From: Octopus vulgaris
Lineage: Eukaryota
Length of the DNA: 64,000 bases
Assembly (NCBI GenBank): GCA_951406725.2
Contig: OX597817.1
Location: 75,516,001 to 75,580,000, forward strand
Direction: 5' to 3'
Shown here: one piece after another, positions 1 through 11,783 of the stretch
Layout of the letters: the number at the start of each line of letters is the position of its first letter
How positions within the stretch are numbered: position 1 is the stretch's first letter
The notes under the pieces: model-generated
Seen by the model: the letters and a program-made list of their open reading frames with translations, nothing else
The model's database searches: none
Told to the model about the DNA's origin: nothing
Position numbers and translations under genes: made by a program

Positions 1-528
1 TAGAGAGAAAAAGCCTTCTTAAAATTTAATGAATTCAATAGGCATGATAGTATCGTGGTAGATATAACTATGTAAGAAATTAATTGGCTATTAATTTCCT
101 ACTGAAGCATTATGCTATAAGCTGTAAGCATGTAACCAGGTTCGAACGATGTTCATGCTTATTGTAGACAGACTAGCATAATTCATGTAACATAAAACAT
201 TGATTTGTTAGTTTGTTTTCCAATAAACTGGAATTATGACAAGAAAATCTTTCGTCTCGTTAACAATGCAAGTGATTATTCTGGTGATCATATACAAGTT
301 TTCAATTTATTCCTGTTAAACCAGGCATTAAATCCGTGTCTATATCAAAATAGCTATAGGATATTCAAATAGAAATTACATTTCTGTACGAACAAAGAGG
401 ACGGAGAGCTATGCTAATTAAATGTTAAACAATGCTAAGGTGATATTAAGTTGTCAATAATGATTCTGGAAAGTAACCCTTTTAAAGCGTATTGATCATG
501 TTCAAGTGGTGAAGTAAAAATGGTTTGA

Positions 529-578
<50 letters not shown>

Positions 579-590
579 TAATAATTATAA

Positions 591-798
591 TGGTGTCAAA
601 TTTTGGCGCAAGGCCAGCAATTTCGGGGGCGGGGATAAGTCGATTACATCGATCCCAGTGTTCAACTGGTACTTATGTTATCCATCTTGAAAGGATGAAA
701 GGTAAAGTGGACCTCGGTGGAATTTGAACTCAGAACGTATGGACGGACGAAATGTCGCTAAGCATTTTGTCCGGTGTGCTAACGATTGTACAAGTTCG
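591..798 (-). mobile_element. tRNA-derived SINE, family A (head GGCGGCGAGCTGGCAGAATCGTTAGC), diverged copy
   Basis: Reverse complement matches the copy at 23651-23880, including the B-box-like GAGTTCAAATTCC and the central CCTTTCATCCTTTC..ATAA..TAAGTACCAG block. Confidence 0.8.
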
Positions 799-839
799 TA
801 TCCTTACAACAACAACAACAACAACAATAATAATAATAG

Positions 840-1802
840 GCTTGACAAAGAAGAAGTGAGCCTCAGTAAAAGCCAACATAGTAAAAGCTGAAAGAGAAGG
901 ACTGATTCTCGCTGCACAAGACCAATGCCTGACTACGAACAACTATAAAAGCTAAATAATGAAAACAAGCCCTAATACCAATTGCAGAATGTGCAACAAA
1001 CGCAATGACACAGCTGACCACATCATCTCTGGCTGTCCAGTTCATGCCAAATCTGAATATATATATAGACAGGACCGGGTAAATATTTATATCCACTGGA
1101 CAATATGCCAACACTAAAACATAAAGACTGACAATAAATGGTATAAACATGTTTCAAACAACATACAAGACAACGACTAGGCAATAATTGCCTGGGATAT
1201 ACCTTTTCAAACTGACAAAGAAATAAAAGCTAATCGCTCAGACATAATAATCAAGGATTGAAAAAAATTCTACTTACTTGTAGTCCTTTCTGACCAAAAT
1301 TTTGTCCAAAAGGAAGTGGAGAAATTGTCAAAGGACAAAGACCTCGAAATTACAGTATTTAAGATATGGGGCATGAAGGTGAAAACAATACTAGTAATAA
1401 TTGGAGAAATTGTGCATGATAAAATACATATGAACAAAAGAGTAGAAGCTATACCTGGATCCTACACTCTATTGAAAAATAGCCTTGCTAGGAACAGCCC
1501 ACGTCTTACGCAATTCAATAATACAACTTGAACAAAACAATCAACAAAAACAAGACACTCTATACAGCAAATATCCAATGAAATAAACTACCACCAGCAG
1601 ACTATATATCCAACGCATTACACAAGAGAAACACGAATACAACAAAATACTGCACCATACCTCATAAAGGAAGAAACTGACGCAATATAATACCGGGAAG
1701 AGTTTGCACACTCCCAACAACAAAAAAGAATGCAAAGCTTCACACACCCCAGCAACATGGTGATGCAGTAGAAATTTGCCTGAAACTACCAAATGTTGAA
1801 CA
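840..1802 (+). mobile_element. R4/Dong-type non-LTR retrotransposon, degraded 3' end (zinc knuckle, restriction-like endonuclease, 3' UTR)
   Basis: Frame-broken translation gives EGLILAAQDQ, CRMC..DHIISGC, WD..FQTDKEIKANRSDIIIKD. The UTR end matches 46055-46190 and runs into (AAT)n at 1803. Confidence 0.8.
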
Positions 1803-2008
<206 letters not shown>

Positions 2009-2619
2009 TGTAGATAACAAAAGACTGAAACACAAAGGTAATCTTCCTATTGACGAGTTTATATGCTTTGCAAGATGCATAAACATTTCAGAGAAAACCT
2101 ATTTTGCGCGCACACGCGCGCATACACATTGACACAGAAATATACATGCATGCATCTGCTGATGCAGTATATATAGTAATATACTTGTATACTTCATATA
2201 CACAGAGTGATTTATAAATAAGAATGGTACGTGGCACTATGTATATAAGAGTATACACACACACACACACATATATATATTAAAATGTATATAAGAATAA
2301 TAAATAAGAAATTTCTTGGTAAGTGATAATATCTGAAAAAAGACTCGAATTTAAAATACCTAATTATATAAGAAAAATTTTAACCCCACCCCAGATATAC
2401 ACAGACCTGATGGAAAGAAGTTTTGTAAACCGCACTAGCTGTAATATTTTGTTCCAGACAGACAGACAGCCACACACACACACACAAACACAAACACTCT
2501 CACACGCACACACACACAGGTCGTTATATCACTATATTGACAAGACAAACAGCTGTGGTTGTGTATCGCTGGTCGCAGTGCACTTCCTCATATAGGTTTT
2601 CGAATGATGCTATCCTCCT

Positions 2620-2830
2620 GGCTAGACGGGCAAGCCAACATTCCTCTTGGATAGAATAACAGTCCGTGGCAGGTTTACCCTTCAACAGTTGCGTGAAATT
2701 GAGCAAAGTGAAATGAAAGCGCGTTTTGCTCGGGCTGGAATTGAAAACCAGACGCACCACCGGTCCGGGAAGGGAAGCCAATATTTTGCGTTCATGAGTG
2801 AAACATCCTAACCACTAAGCCACGTGTCTA
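2620..2830 (-). mobile_element. tRNA/CORE-type SINE, family B, diverged copy
   Basis: Reverse complement begins CACGTGGCTTAGTGGTTAGG (A box) and resembles 29705-29966. Confidence 0.6.
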
Positions 2831-3384
2831 GTGGTTAGGCTGTCGCGCGCTCATACGCATGAACACACACACATATACACGCGTTGCATGCGCTTGAATA
2901 TGCCTGTAGGCTTTTATAGTATTTGATTATTTGCGAATATGCTTTTACATACTGATTATTTGGTTATCGTGTGACAAAACATTTAATATGATATAACCAA
3001 AAATTTATTACAATCAAGTAAATATTCAAAGTACCTTAATTAAACACCACAAGTCGTTGTTATCATCCACTCAAACATTTTTGCCACTCACGGCCATATT
3101 AATTGTTTACATCAGCTTTGTCTCAGTAGTTTTATGCTAACCACAAAGCAAGGTAAATAATGGAGAAAGGATAAAAGTTAAAACTGGTTACAATATTTTC
3201 AATAACCTTACTTACTGAACATCGTGGCAATATTATATCTATTTTGAGTTAATAGATATGTGTTAAACATGAAAATACATTCATTAACAGATTTAGTTCT
3301 AGTGATTTGAAATATGTTATGGCGGTCCTAAATTACTACATTTCAAAGTAATACCTGAACTGTAGCACTGTCTCAAGTTAGGAC

Positions 3385-3540
3385 TCAAGGGCCGGTTACT
3401 CGGTTTCCATGGCCCAGAACGTCAGTCCGTAGACGGGTTACTCATTTACAGCTGGTTTGACTAGAGTAAAGTGAAACTAAAACCACGATCTTGTGATCAT
3501 GAGTACAACATTCTAACAACTAGGTCACGCCTATTCACAA
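3385..3540 (-). mobile_element. tRNA/CORE-type SINE, family B, diverged and internally deleted copy
   Basis: Similar to 29705-29966 (GGTTTC.ATGGC, GTTACTCATTT, AAACCAC.ATCTT blocks). Confidence 0.55.
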
Positions 3541-4403
3541 CTTAACTGCAGTGTTATTAATTAGTTTTCTACATTCTCATTTGTGTCATTTCACTTATGT
3601 TGTTCATTATATCTTTTTGTCGGATCGAGGCGGTTGATGTCTTTCACTCGCAAAGTTTTCTCCCCATTTCTCAGAATGTGATAAAATCTAAACGGAAGGT
3701 GTAATCTGTAGCAACATAGCACAGCAATATCTAACGTGGAGGTATATCTAAGCGATTGTCCGTTTTAACATCAGTAACTGACATTTAAATGCCCTTAGGA
3801 AGTTACTCTGTTGCATGCATTCAAATAGGTTTTCAGTTCTCGATATCCTCATACACCGCTTCCTACTGCAGCAAGACATGTATTTATTTATCTTCTTATT
3901 TACTTAAGCCCTTTGCTCCAATATTTTCGACTCTATTTTCGGTTTATCTTTTCTGCTTCTCTCCAGTTGAAATCCCTGCTTTTTCAATTCTGGCTCAGTA
4001 TTCCTCCTCATAAGTTTCCCTGGGTGAAAGCTTTCCTCTCCCACGTCTTGTTGCTTTTGAATTGTCATCGATGCCTCAGTAACTTTGCTTATTTTTTTCT
4101 AGGTTGGGGTGTTGGTCCTACGCAAACCCGTTTACATCCTTGGGAAGAACGGGCCATATTGCTTTGACCGCTACCCTTTGACCTGTCAAATAAGTGAGGC
4201 TTTATTAGAAGCTTATGTTCCACTGGCAGAGCTCTCAAGGTCATCGACACACACAAGCCACCAAAGCGCGACTAGGACTAGACCTCCCCTGCACCCCTCC
4301 TGCTCCCCTGCCTCCCCTCCTCCCCTGCCTCCTTCTTCTCCTACCTCCTCTCCTCTTCTCCTGCCCCTCCTCCTTCCATGCTTCCCCTCCTCCTCCCCCG
4401 CCT

Positions 4404-4860
4404 CTATGTCGATAACCATACATGTTCTTTCTTTTTTATTCACCACGACAATGTCCGGTTTCTTATGTCTAGTCAGGTGATTGCATTGGATCAATGCATT
4501 CCACAGGATTTGGCAGTTCTCATTTTCGGTGACTCCTTCAGGAGTTTGTTCATACCATATATTTCCTCTTCGTAGGCTGTGATTTCCACAGAGCTTCCAA
4601 TGGATCATTCTTGCCACATTATTATGGAGTCGTTTGTATTCGAGTTGTGCCAATTTCGAGTATTTGCTAACGATGTGTCATACCGTCTCACTCCTCTCAC
4701 CACACATTCTGCATTTGTCGCCATCGCTAGTGTTGTGAATTCTGCACTTCTTATACTTGGTTTTTAACGCCTGTTCCTGAGCTGCGGATATGAGTGCTTC
4801 TGTCTCTATTTTCAGGTCACTCCTCCTCACCCATAGCCACTAGTCCTCTGTATCTGTCTT
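4404..4860 (-). mobile_element. R4/Dong-type retrotransposon fragment (zinc knuckle and RLE start)
   Basis: Minus strand gives AAQEQAL, CRMC, then ORF 4213..4653 AQLEYKRLHNNVARMIHWKLC..WYEQTPEGVTENENCQILWN..KKPDIVVVNKKERTCMVIDI. Confidence 0.85.
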
Positions 4861-4927
4861 GGCGTTCACATCTCTTGCAAACTGACTGTACATCTCTTTT
4901 TCTTTCCATGCTTTTTCTTTTTTGTTC

Positions 4928-4989
<62 letters not shown>

Positions 4990-5320
4990 GAAACATCACA
5001 GCTTATTTTGCTGGGTATGATGGAAAGTGACAGCCAGCAGACTAAGTGAGTCATAACCCTGCGAAGAATTCTTGCAGTTCCAAGCAATGCTGATTTTTGT
5101 GGGTGTTCTCCCTTCAAACATGCACCAATCTTTTTCAGGCATGTAGGTAGTTGAGTGCATCAATTACTCTTGATATCACGTCTATTCTCTTCATTGACCA
5201 CAACCTTCGTATGTCCTACTTCAGATCGTCATAGTTGTTTATTTCTTCTTTCTACATATTGATCTATTACCACCAAGGCATGCTATGTCGATGAACATAC
5301 ATGTTCTTTCTTTTTTTCAT
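4990..5320 (-). mobile_element. R4/Dong-type retrotransposon 3' terminus abutting (AAT)n
   Basis: Minus strand gives CMFIDIA and QKSALLGTARILRRV, then a short UTR and (AAT)n at 4927-4986. Confidence 0.8.
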
Positions 5321-5352
5321 TGTTTGTTTGTTTGTTTGTTTCTCTTTCTTTT

Positions 5353-5409
<57 letters not shown>

Positions 5410-5426
5410 TTCTTCTTCTTCTTCTT

Positions 5427-5459
<33 letters not shown>

Positions 5460-5571
5460 ATTATTATTAAGGCGGCGAGCTGGCGGAATCGTTTGCACGC
5501 CAGGAGAAATGCTTACTTTCCCCTTACATTGCCACGTGTAGTTTCTATTTTCTTTTTGTAACATATATTTC

Positions 5572-5642
<71 letters not shown>

Positions 5643-5647
<5 letters not shown>

Positions 5648-6042
5648 AAAGTATATTTGCCATCTAAATATGGCTAACCACTAAGGTTAGCTGGCTATTG
5701 GCACACTTTCTGTGCCCTATCGGTATTTGCAAAGGGAGGTCATCCTTCCCTCGTCAACCTAAGTGATACGCACGGACTGCAGTTTCTGGGTATTGACCCG
5801 TCATCAGCGCACGACAATCACCGGTTTTCGATGGAAGGGTCCCAATGCAAATATATATATATCCTTTTTCCAGTGACTTTTCGTCACTGATCTTGAAAAA
5901 GTGTAAACAAGCAATAATAAATCTTGGGGCTACAAGCTACAGTAACATCCACCCTTAATGGTTAGCCATATTTAGATGGCAAATATACTTCCCATTGTCG
6001 TGCAGTTACTGTCAATACCTCGTTTAGAGATTTATTATTGCT
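5643..6042. mobile_element. (TA)n-flanked non-coding element with ~40-bp inverted arms, one-sided tail and a hammerhead motif (Penelope-derived candidate)
   Basis: AAGTATATTTGCCATCTAAATATGGCTAACCA (5649-) is inverted at 5958-5990; (TA)n on both sides; the tail is shared with 58334-58371. Confidence 0.65.
5763..5821 (-). ncRNA. Type I hammerhead ribozyme motif
   Basis: Minus strand reads cgugcg-CUGAUGA-c-gggu/caau/accc-a-GAAA-c-ugca-g-UC-cgugcg. Stem I has 6 bp with two G-U pairs plus an outer gugau/aucac helix; stem III is palindromic; GUC site. Confidence 0.75.
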
Positions 6043-6059
6043 ATATATATATATATATA

Positions 6060-6115
<56 letters not shown>

Positions 6116-6338
6116 AGTAGTTAACAAACTAATAACAAACTACAGATTTTTTTCTGTAGTAGTTTGCTTGGAGACACACGAGGATGGGCAGGGGAGGGTA
6201 ATTGAACCTCATTCATGTTTTGAATTCGGCGGTACTAACACTGAATATTATTTGTCTGATACCGTTAGGTGGAGAGATATGTTCAATTATTCCAGTACCT
6301 TCGAATTTAATATTTCAATATTTAATTATTGATGGGGT

Positions 6339-6421
6339 CCTATGCTGATGAGGAAAACGGTTGGTAAAGTATAATCCTATATTCTTTATTCCAATCTAAT
6401 TCCGAAACGCGCGTCCATAGG
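6339..6421 (+). ncRNA. Type I hammerhead ribozyme motif with long stem II
   Basis: ccuaug-CUGAUGA-ggaa...uucc-GAAA-c-gcgc-g-UC-cauagg: perfect 6-bp stem I, complete core, palindromic stem III. It lies in a ~480-bp unit (6113-6595) flanked by (TA)n. Confidence 0.85.
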
Positions 6422-6593
6422 TGACCAGATATTGATTGATTTTCATTACTTTCCTCTCTGCCTATGTTTTCAAGTATTTTGTTTTTTTCTGGGAGTCCCT
6501 TTTTAAAGTAGAAGAAATAGCTAACGTTTTTTGGCTGATGTTTCTAAACTTCGGTATGTGGTAAAGCAAATCTTTTCTGAACCCTAATTATTA

Positions 6594-6649
<56 letters not shown>

Positions 6650-6654
<5 letters not shown>

Positions 6655-7360
6655 TTTATAAAAAAATACAAAATGGGACAAGAACGCAAAACACTCAAAT
6701 AGACGACGCAAAAAACGGACGGGTCATTCGAAGCCTCTAATCTTCAGTCAAGAACCGGATCATCCTCGCAATTTCGGCTGATTAATCTTGAGATCGCTCC
6801 GATCCGGCCAGCTCCAAGGAAAAACTAAGCTACGAGCATTAGATTTCTTGGAAAAAGGATCGAATGTATACGAAACAAGGATAGAAAAACGGACGATGCC
6901 ACACGAATGTAAATACAAAAAAACAATAATAGTAATAACAGGACAAAAACAGCAGGTGTCTTACGACTTTAGACAGTTCAACTTAGCTTAGCTGGCGTAT
7001 TTGGAAAAAAATGCCGACGAAGAAATCGATGTTGTCGTGGCATGGTCAGAAGCCGAAAGGCTAGTTGACCGGCGGTCACGTGAGAGGAGAAGAGAGAGAA
7101 AAAAAGAGGCAAAGGAAACAAAGAGAGGGAGAAAAAGATTCTGTCGTCAAGCCAATCCTTGGCTTGACGACAGAATCAGTGAGGTGCAAAGTGAGAAAGA
7201 CAGAGAAATGTGAGAGAGTGGGGGAAGAGGAGAACAAAGAATCAGAGGCGAGAAAAGAGAAAGACAGAGACTAGTGAAATATAGAGAAAGTGTGTGTAGA
7301 AGTCGTACAGTAATGGAATGTTTACATACATAAGAGAACAAGATGAACGTTACGCCGCAA
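6650..7360. repeat. (TA)n-adjacent interspersed element with purine-rich body; similar layout to 19371-19930
   Basis: Starts at (TA)n and shares ACGG..GGTCACGTG.GAG followed by a GA-rich tract with 19725-19870. Confidence 0.4.
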
Positions 7361-7414
7361 TAATATATGTATAATATAAGTATATATATATGTATGTGGG
7401 TGTGTATTTATTTA

Positions 7415-7630
7415 TGTGTGTGTGTTTGTGTCTGTGTTTATCCCCCCACCATCGTTGCTTGACAACCGACGTTGGTATGTTTGCGTCCTTGTAACTTAGC
7501 TGTTCAGCAGAAGACTGATAGAATAAGCACCAGGCTTACAGGGAATAAGTTCAGGGGTCAATTTCTTCGACTAAAGGGTGCTGCTCCAGCATGCCCACCG
7601 TCAAATGACTGAAACAAGTAAAATAATAAA
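7415..7630 (+). mobile_element. SINE family C 3' portion
   Basis: GCTTGACAACCGA.GTTGGT.TGTTT..GTCC..GTAACTTAGC block also at 14725-14935 (+) and 60495-60655 (-). Confidence 0.65.
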
Positions 7631-7807
7631 AGAATGCGAGTAAAACTTTTCGTACCAATAAACCAAGAGTGTTGTCTGAATGTGTACGATGTATTTCAAG
7701 GCTAAATAGTAATTCTGTTTAAATTTGCGTAACTGAGATATTTTGGCTGGATTATATATTAATCGGTTTTACACTTCTTTCTATATTCTGTAACTGTCGC
7801 AATATAC

Positions 7808-8146
7808 TTTTCTATTATAGGCACAAGTCCTAAAATTTTATCGACTACAAAAGGATGAAAGGCAAAGACGACCTCGGCGGAATTTGAACTCAGAACGTAG
7901 CGACAGACGAAATACCTATTTCTTTACTACCCACAAGGGGCTAAACACAGAAGGGAAAAGCAAGGACAGACAAACGGATTAAGTCGATTACATCGACCCC
8001 AGTGCGTAACTGGTACTTATTTAATCAGCCCCGAAAGGATGAAAGGCAAAGTCGATCTCGGCGGAATTTGAACTCAGAACGTAGTGGCAGACAAAATACT
8101 GCTAAGCATTTCGCCTGGCGTGCTAACGCTTCTGCCAGCTTGCCGC
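7808..8146 (-). mobile_element. SINE family A, dimeric form
   Basis: Full monomer 7917-8146 plus a headless second unit joined at AAAGAAATA|GGTATTTCG (minus strand). Confidence 0.85.
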
Positions 8147-8423
8147 ATTTTACTGTCACAATATAGAAACATTTCTCATGGTACCAGCACACAATGTACA
8201 GATGCTTACATTTTTATATTTTCCGTGAAATTTTCACGGCTCCAGCTTGTATTCATGAAGATGCTGACAGACTTGTTACTTTGCAATTAATGTCAGATCG
8301 TTACTGTGATTATTATGTCTACATTCTTTCATGTCTTTAATAAGTAAACGTTTAAAATCGTTATACCGAGTGGATATTTCAGATATTTCAAAGTAGTTTT
8401 TAATCTGTGGTTTGGTATATTTG

Positions 8424-8550
8424 TATGTATGTATGTATGTATGTATGTATGTATGTATGTATGTATGTATGTATGTATGTATGTATGTATGTATAGATGG
8501 ATGTATGTATGTATGTATGTATGTATGTATGCATGCACGCATGTATGTAT
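8424..8550. repeat. (ATGT)n microsatellite
   Basis: Directly visible. Confidence 0.95.
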
Positions 8551-8644
8551 ATATAGATGCATTTATACTTACGTACTTACATGTGCACACAAGCACATAT
8601 ATACAGAATGGGATATAAGTCACGAAGTTTTAATCAAAAATATT

Positions 8645-9059
8645 TATTTCTTTATTGCCGACAGGGGCTAAACATAGAGGGGACATACAAGGACAGAGAA
8701 AGGGATTAAGCCGATTACATCTACTCCAATGCGTAACCGGTACTTATTCAATTGACCCCGAAAGGATGAAAGGCAAAGTCGACCTCGGCGGAATTTGATC
8801 TCAGAACGTAACGGCAGCCGAAATACCTATTTCTTTACTACCCACAAGGGGCTAAACACAGAGAGGACAAACAAGGACAGACAAACGGATTAAGTCGATT
8901 AAATCGACTCCAATGCGTAACCGGTACTTATTTAATCGACCCTGAAAGGATGAAAGGCAAAGTCGACCTCGGTGGAATTTGATCTCAGAACGTAACAGCA
9001 GCCGAAATACCGCTAAGTATTTCGCCCGTAGTGCTAACGATTCTGCCTGCTCGCCGCCC
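8645..9059 (-). mobile_element. SINE family A, dimeric form
   Basis: Two tandem units with the same junction as 7808-8146; head GGCGGCGAGC at 9049-9058. Confidence 0.88.
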
Positions 9060-9142
9060 TTTAATAAAAGATATTATCTACACTTGGCACGTTTCTAAAT
9101 ATACATACGTACTGAATTCTCCTCATGACTTTTGACCCACCC

Positions 9143-9237
<95 letters not shown>

Positions 9238-9384
9238 CGTGTGTGCGTGTGTGCGCGCGTGTATGTGTGCGTTTGTATGTACGTGCGTTCGTGCGCGCAC
9301 ACGTGTATGTGTGTGATAGGAATAGAATTTTACTTAGGTGTTATAATCATAATTTTCAATGAAAATTACAGCCAATAATATATT

Positions 9385-9580
9385 TTAATTTCAGCACTAG
9401 GCTAGCAATTTTAAGCGGGGGGGTGTTAGCCGATACTACCGACCTGCATTTCACTTTACTCCGAAACGATGGAAAGCAAAGTTGACCTCGGCGATTTTGA
9501 ACCGAGAGCATAAAGAGCCGCAAGAAATGCCGCGCGGCTTTTTCCTCGATGCTGTAATGGTTTTGCCAACTCTCTGCTTC
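9385..9580 (-). mobile_element. SINE family A, old diverged copy
   Basis: GCAAAGTTGACCTCGGCGATTTTGAAC core resembles other family A copies. Confidence 0.6.
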
Positions 9581-10356
9581 TTAAAATGAATAAATTTTAT
9601 TACGTGTCCTACAATTTTCTTCTCTAGATTTTATGTCACCTCGAAGTAAGTAATTTATTATGTATCGTACTTATCCACGGAATTTTCTTTTTAAAGTTTT
9701 ATTGCTTTCACGTCTATATACTTCCAAGAAGAAATCCTTCGTTATTGTAATTCATAATAAATGGGAAATGTTCAAATTTTCCACATAGCATTCTCGGCAG
9801 ACTTTTTAAAATAGCAACAATGGCATTAAAAAGTGATTGCAATGTAAAATCATCGAGACCATTGTTTTCAATGGTTTTTCAAAATTGGTAACTAAAGCTA
9901 TCAAAAATTATTTTGAAAATCCAATTTTTCATATCGTAATAATGGAGAAACAATGAGATCGTGACATTAATACATTTTTCTGAAGTGAAACTGTTTGTAA
10001 TCATGACATATATTGCCGAGAGCTTCTACTCCATGTCTTCTGGCCAATATCGTATTAAATTGATTTTATACGGTGACAAAGGCTATTGAAACGAAGCCAG
10101 TATAATACTGACACATTAGAAGTTATTTTATTGGTGTTAGATGGCCGTTTCCTAACACAGAACTTCGAAGAACAATACTAAAGATAATAATGTCAGGGTT
10201 TGGTATTGTAATTCCTGCCCCAATCCAAATTTGAACAACCATATCTTTGTGTAATTTATTATGTAGTGATATATATATAATTAAAGTCTTACTGGTCATA
10301 TTACAAGTGTCTTGGGCATAAACACACACACGCACACGCACACATTTTTATAAGTA

Positions 10357-10583
10357 GTGGCACGTGGCTTGGTGAGTTGCAATCATAATCATGAGATTCT
10401 GGTTTCGATTACTGGCATTAATGATGCGTTGTGTTCTTGAGCAAAACACTTCATTTCCCGTTGCTCCGGTCCACCCAGCTGGCAATAAAGAGTAATCATG
10501 TAATAAACTGGTATTCTGTCCAGGAAGAAATATATACGCCTCAGAATCTGGGAAAACGGCATTCCGACCCGTAGGCTCAGAAG

Positions 10584-10590
<7 letters not shown>
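10357..10590 (+). mobile_element. tRNA/CORE-type SINE, family B
   Basis: GTGGCTTGGTG A-box-like and GGTTTCGATT B-box-like motifs, then TTGTGTTCTTGAGCAAAACACTT (CORE-like). Confidence 0.65.
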
Positions 10591-10621
<31 letters not shown>

Positions 10622-10647
10622 CATAAGCAACAAGAATGAATCCGGTA

Positions 10648-10737
10648 ATTTAGTACAATTGTTTCATACTACAACATTTTATTAAAAGCTGTAATTATTA
10701 CAGCAGATTTAAGATGCCGAGTAATCTTCAGCTAATT
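10648..10737 (-). ncRNA. Type I hammerhead ribozyme motif (left arm)
   Basis: Minus strand reads uuag-CUGAAGA-u-uacu...agua-u-GAAA-c-aauu-g-UA-cuaa, with a palindromic stem III. Confidence 0.65.
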
Positions 10738-10807
10738 TTATATAGGTTTTCCAATAATATAAAGTTTATATTATTGGAAACTTTATATTATTGGAAAACC
10801 TATATAA

Positions 10808-10898
10808 AATTAGCTGAAGATTACTCGGCATCTTAAATCTGCTGTAATATTTACAGCTTTTAATAAAATGTTGTAGTATGAAATAATTGTACTAAATT
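10808..10898 (+). ncRNA. Type I hammerhead ribozyme motif (right arm; C15.2 to U variant)
   Basis: uuag-CUGAAGA-uuacu...aguau-GAAA-u-aauu-g-UA-cuaa. Confidence 0.6.
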
Positions 10899-11026
10899 AC
10901 CGGATTCATTCTTGTTGCTTATTTTTTTTTATAATCACCCCGCATATTTTTATGGATAACACCATAAAACATTCTGGTGCATCTAAATTAAGTGCCATAT
11001 GCATTTGAATCTAAATTGTTGCTGAA

Positions 11027-11062
<36 letters not shown>

Positions 11063-11243
11063 TGAATAATCTTGTTGCAGATTAATCAAAAGTTTAACCG
11101 ATACCTTGGTAGCAAAAATCACAGCAGAAGAAAGCACGGTTGGAGATAAAACCTTTTGGTGTTGCAACCGTACGTTGGTGCGGATAATTGAATTTTAATA
11201 TTATTAGTGAATTGAAAAAATGGACTTGAACGAAGATTGAATA

Positions 11244-11355
11244 GAATTCCTTTTATTGCATTCAACACATGTTTCAAAAGCCACAATTTTCCAAATTCTG
11301 ATTAAATAAGGATACCATATTGTGGCTTTCTCTTCAGGAAAAAAATAGGAATTCC
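11244..11355 (-). ncRNA. Type I hammerhead ribozyme motif (left arm, GUU site)
   Basis: Minus strand reads uuc-CUGAAGA-gaaagccacaau...auuguggcuuuu-GAAA-c-augu-g-UU-gaa, with an outer gaauucc/ggaauuc helix. Confidence 0.7.
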
Positions 11356-11502
11356 GTTGGCAGAACAAAACAGAACAGAGGCGCAGCAAAGCAATTTGAA
11401 CGAGGCGGCTCTTTAAGAGCCCATGGCTGAACCATGGGCTCTTAAAGAGCCGCCTCGTTCAAATTGCTTTGCTGCGCCTCTGTTCTGTTTTGTTCTGCCA
11501 AC

Positions 11503-11614
11503 GGAATTCGTATTTTTTTCCTGAAGAGAAAGCCACAATATGGTATCCTTATTTAATCAGAATTTGGAAAATTGTGGCTTTTGAAACATGTGTAGAATGC
11601 AATAAAAGGAATTC
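11503..11614 (+). ncRNA. Type I hammerhead ribozyme motif (right arm, GUA site)
   Basis: uuc-CUGAAGA (11521-11527), 12-bp stem II, GAAA (11583-11586), c-augu-g-UA-gaa. Confidence 0.75.
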
Positions 11615-11652
11615 TGTTCAATCTTCGTTCAACTCCATTTTTTCAATTCACT

Positions 11653-11729
<77 letters not shown>

Positions 11730-11783
11730 TATATATTATATATATTATATATATTATATATATTATATATTATATATATATAT

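Larger units (their letters stand above)
10623..11028. mobile_element. (TA)n-flanked fold-back element (arms ~145 bp, 10623-10922) with ~105-bp right tail and a hammerhead in each arm
   Basis: 10623-10767 is the near-perfect reverse complement of 10778-10922. Confidence 0.85.
11061..11660. mobile_element. (TA)n-flanked fold-back element (229-bp arms 11198-11426 and 11432-11660, 5-nt loop) with ~137-bp left tail and a hammerhead in each arm
   Basis: Arms are reverse complements with about 4 substitutions, which also explains the mirrored 61-aa ORFs. Confidence 0.9.

Noticed and set aside
4100-4215. Possible twister ribozyme in an RTE-like 5' UTR (minus strand)
   Set aside because: Key twister nucleotides and pseudoknots could not be assigned by eye.
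11204-11654. Twin 61-aa ORFs on opposite strands
   Set aside because: They are a by-product of the fold-back, start at TTG and overlap the hammerhead fold.
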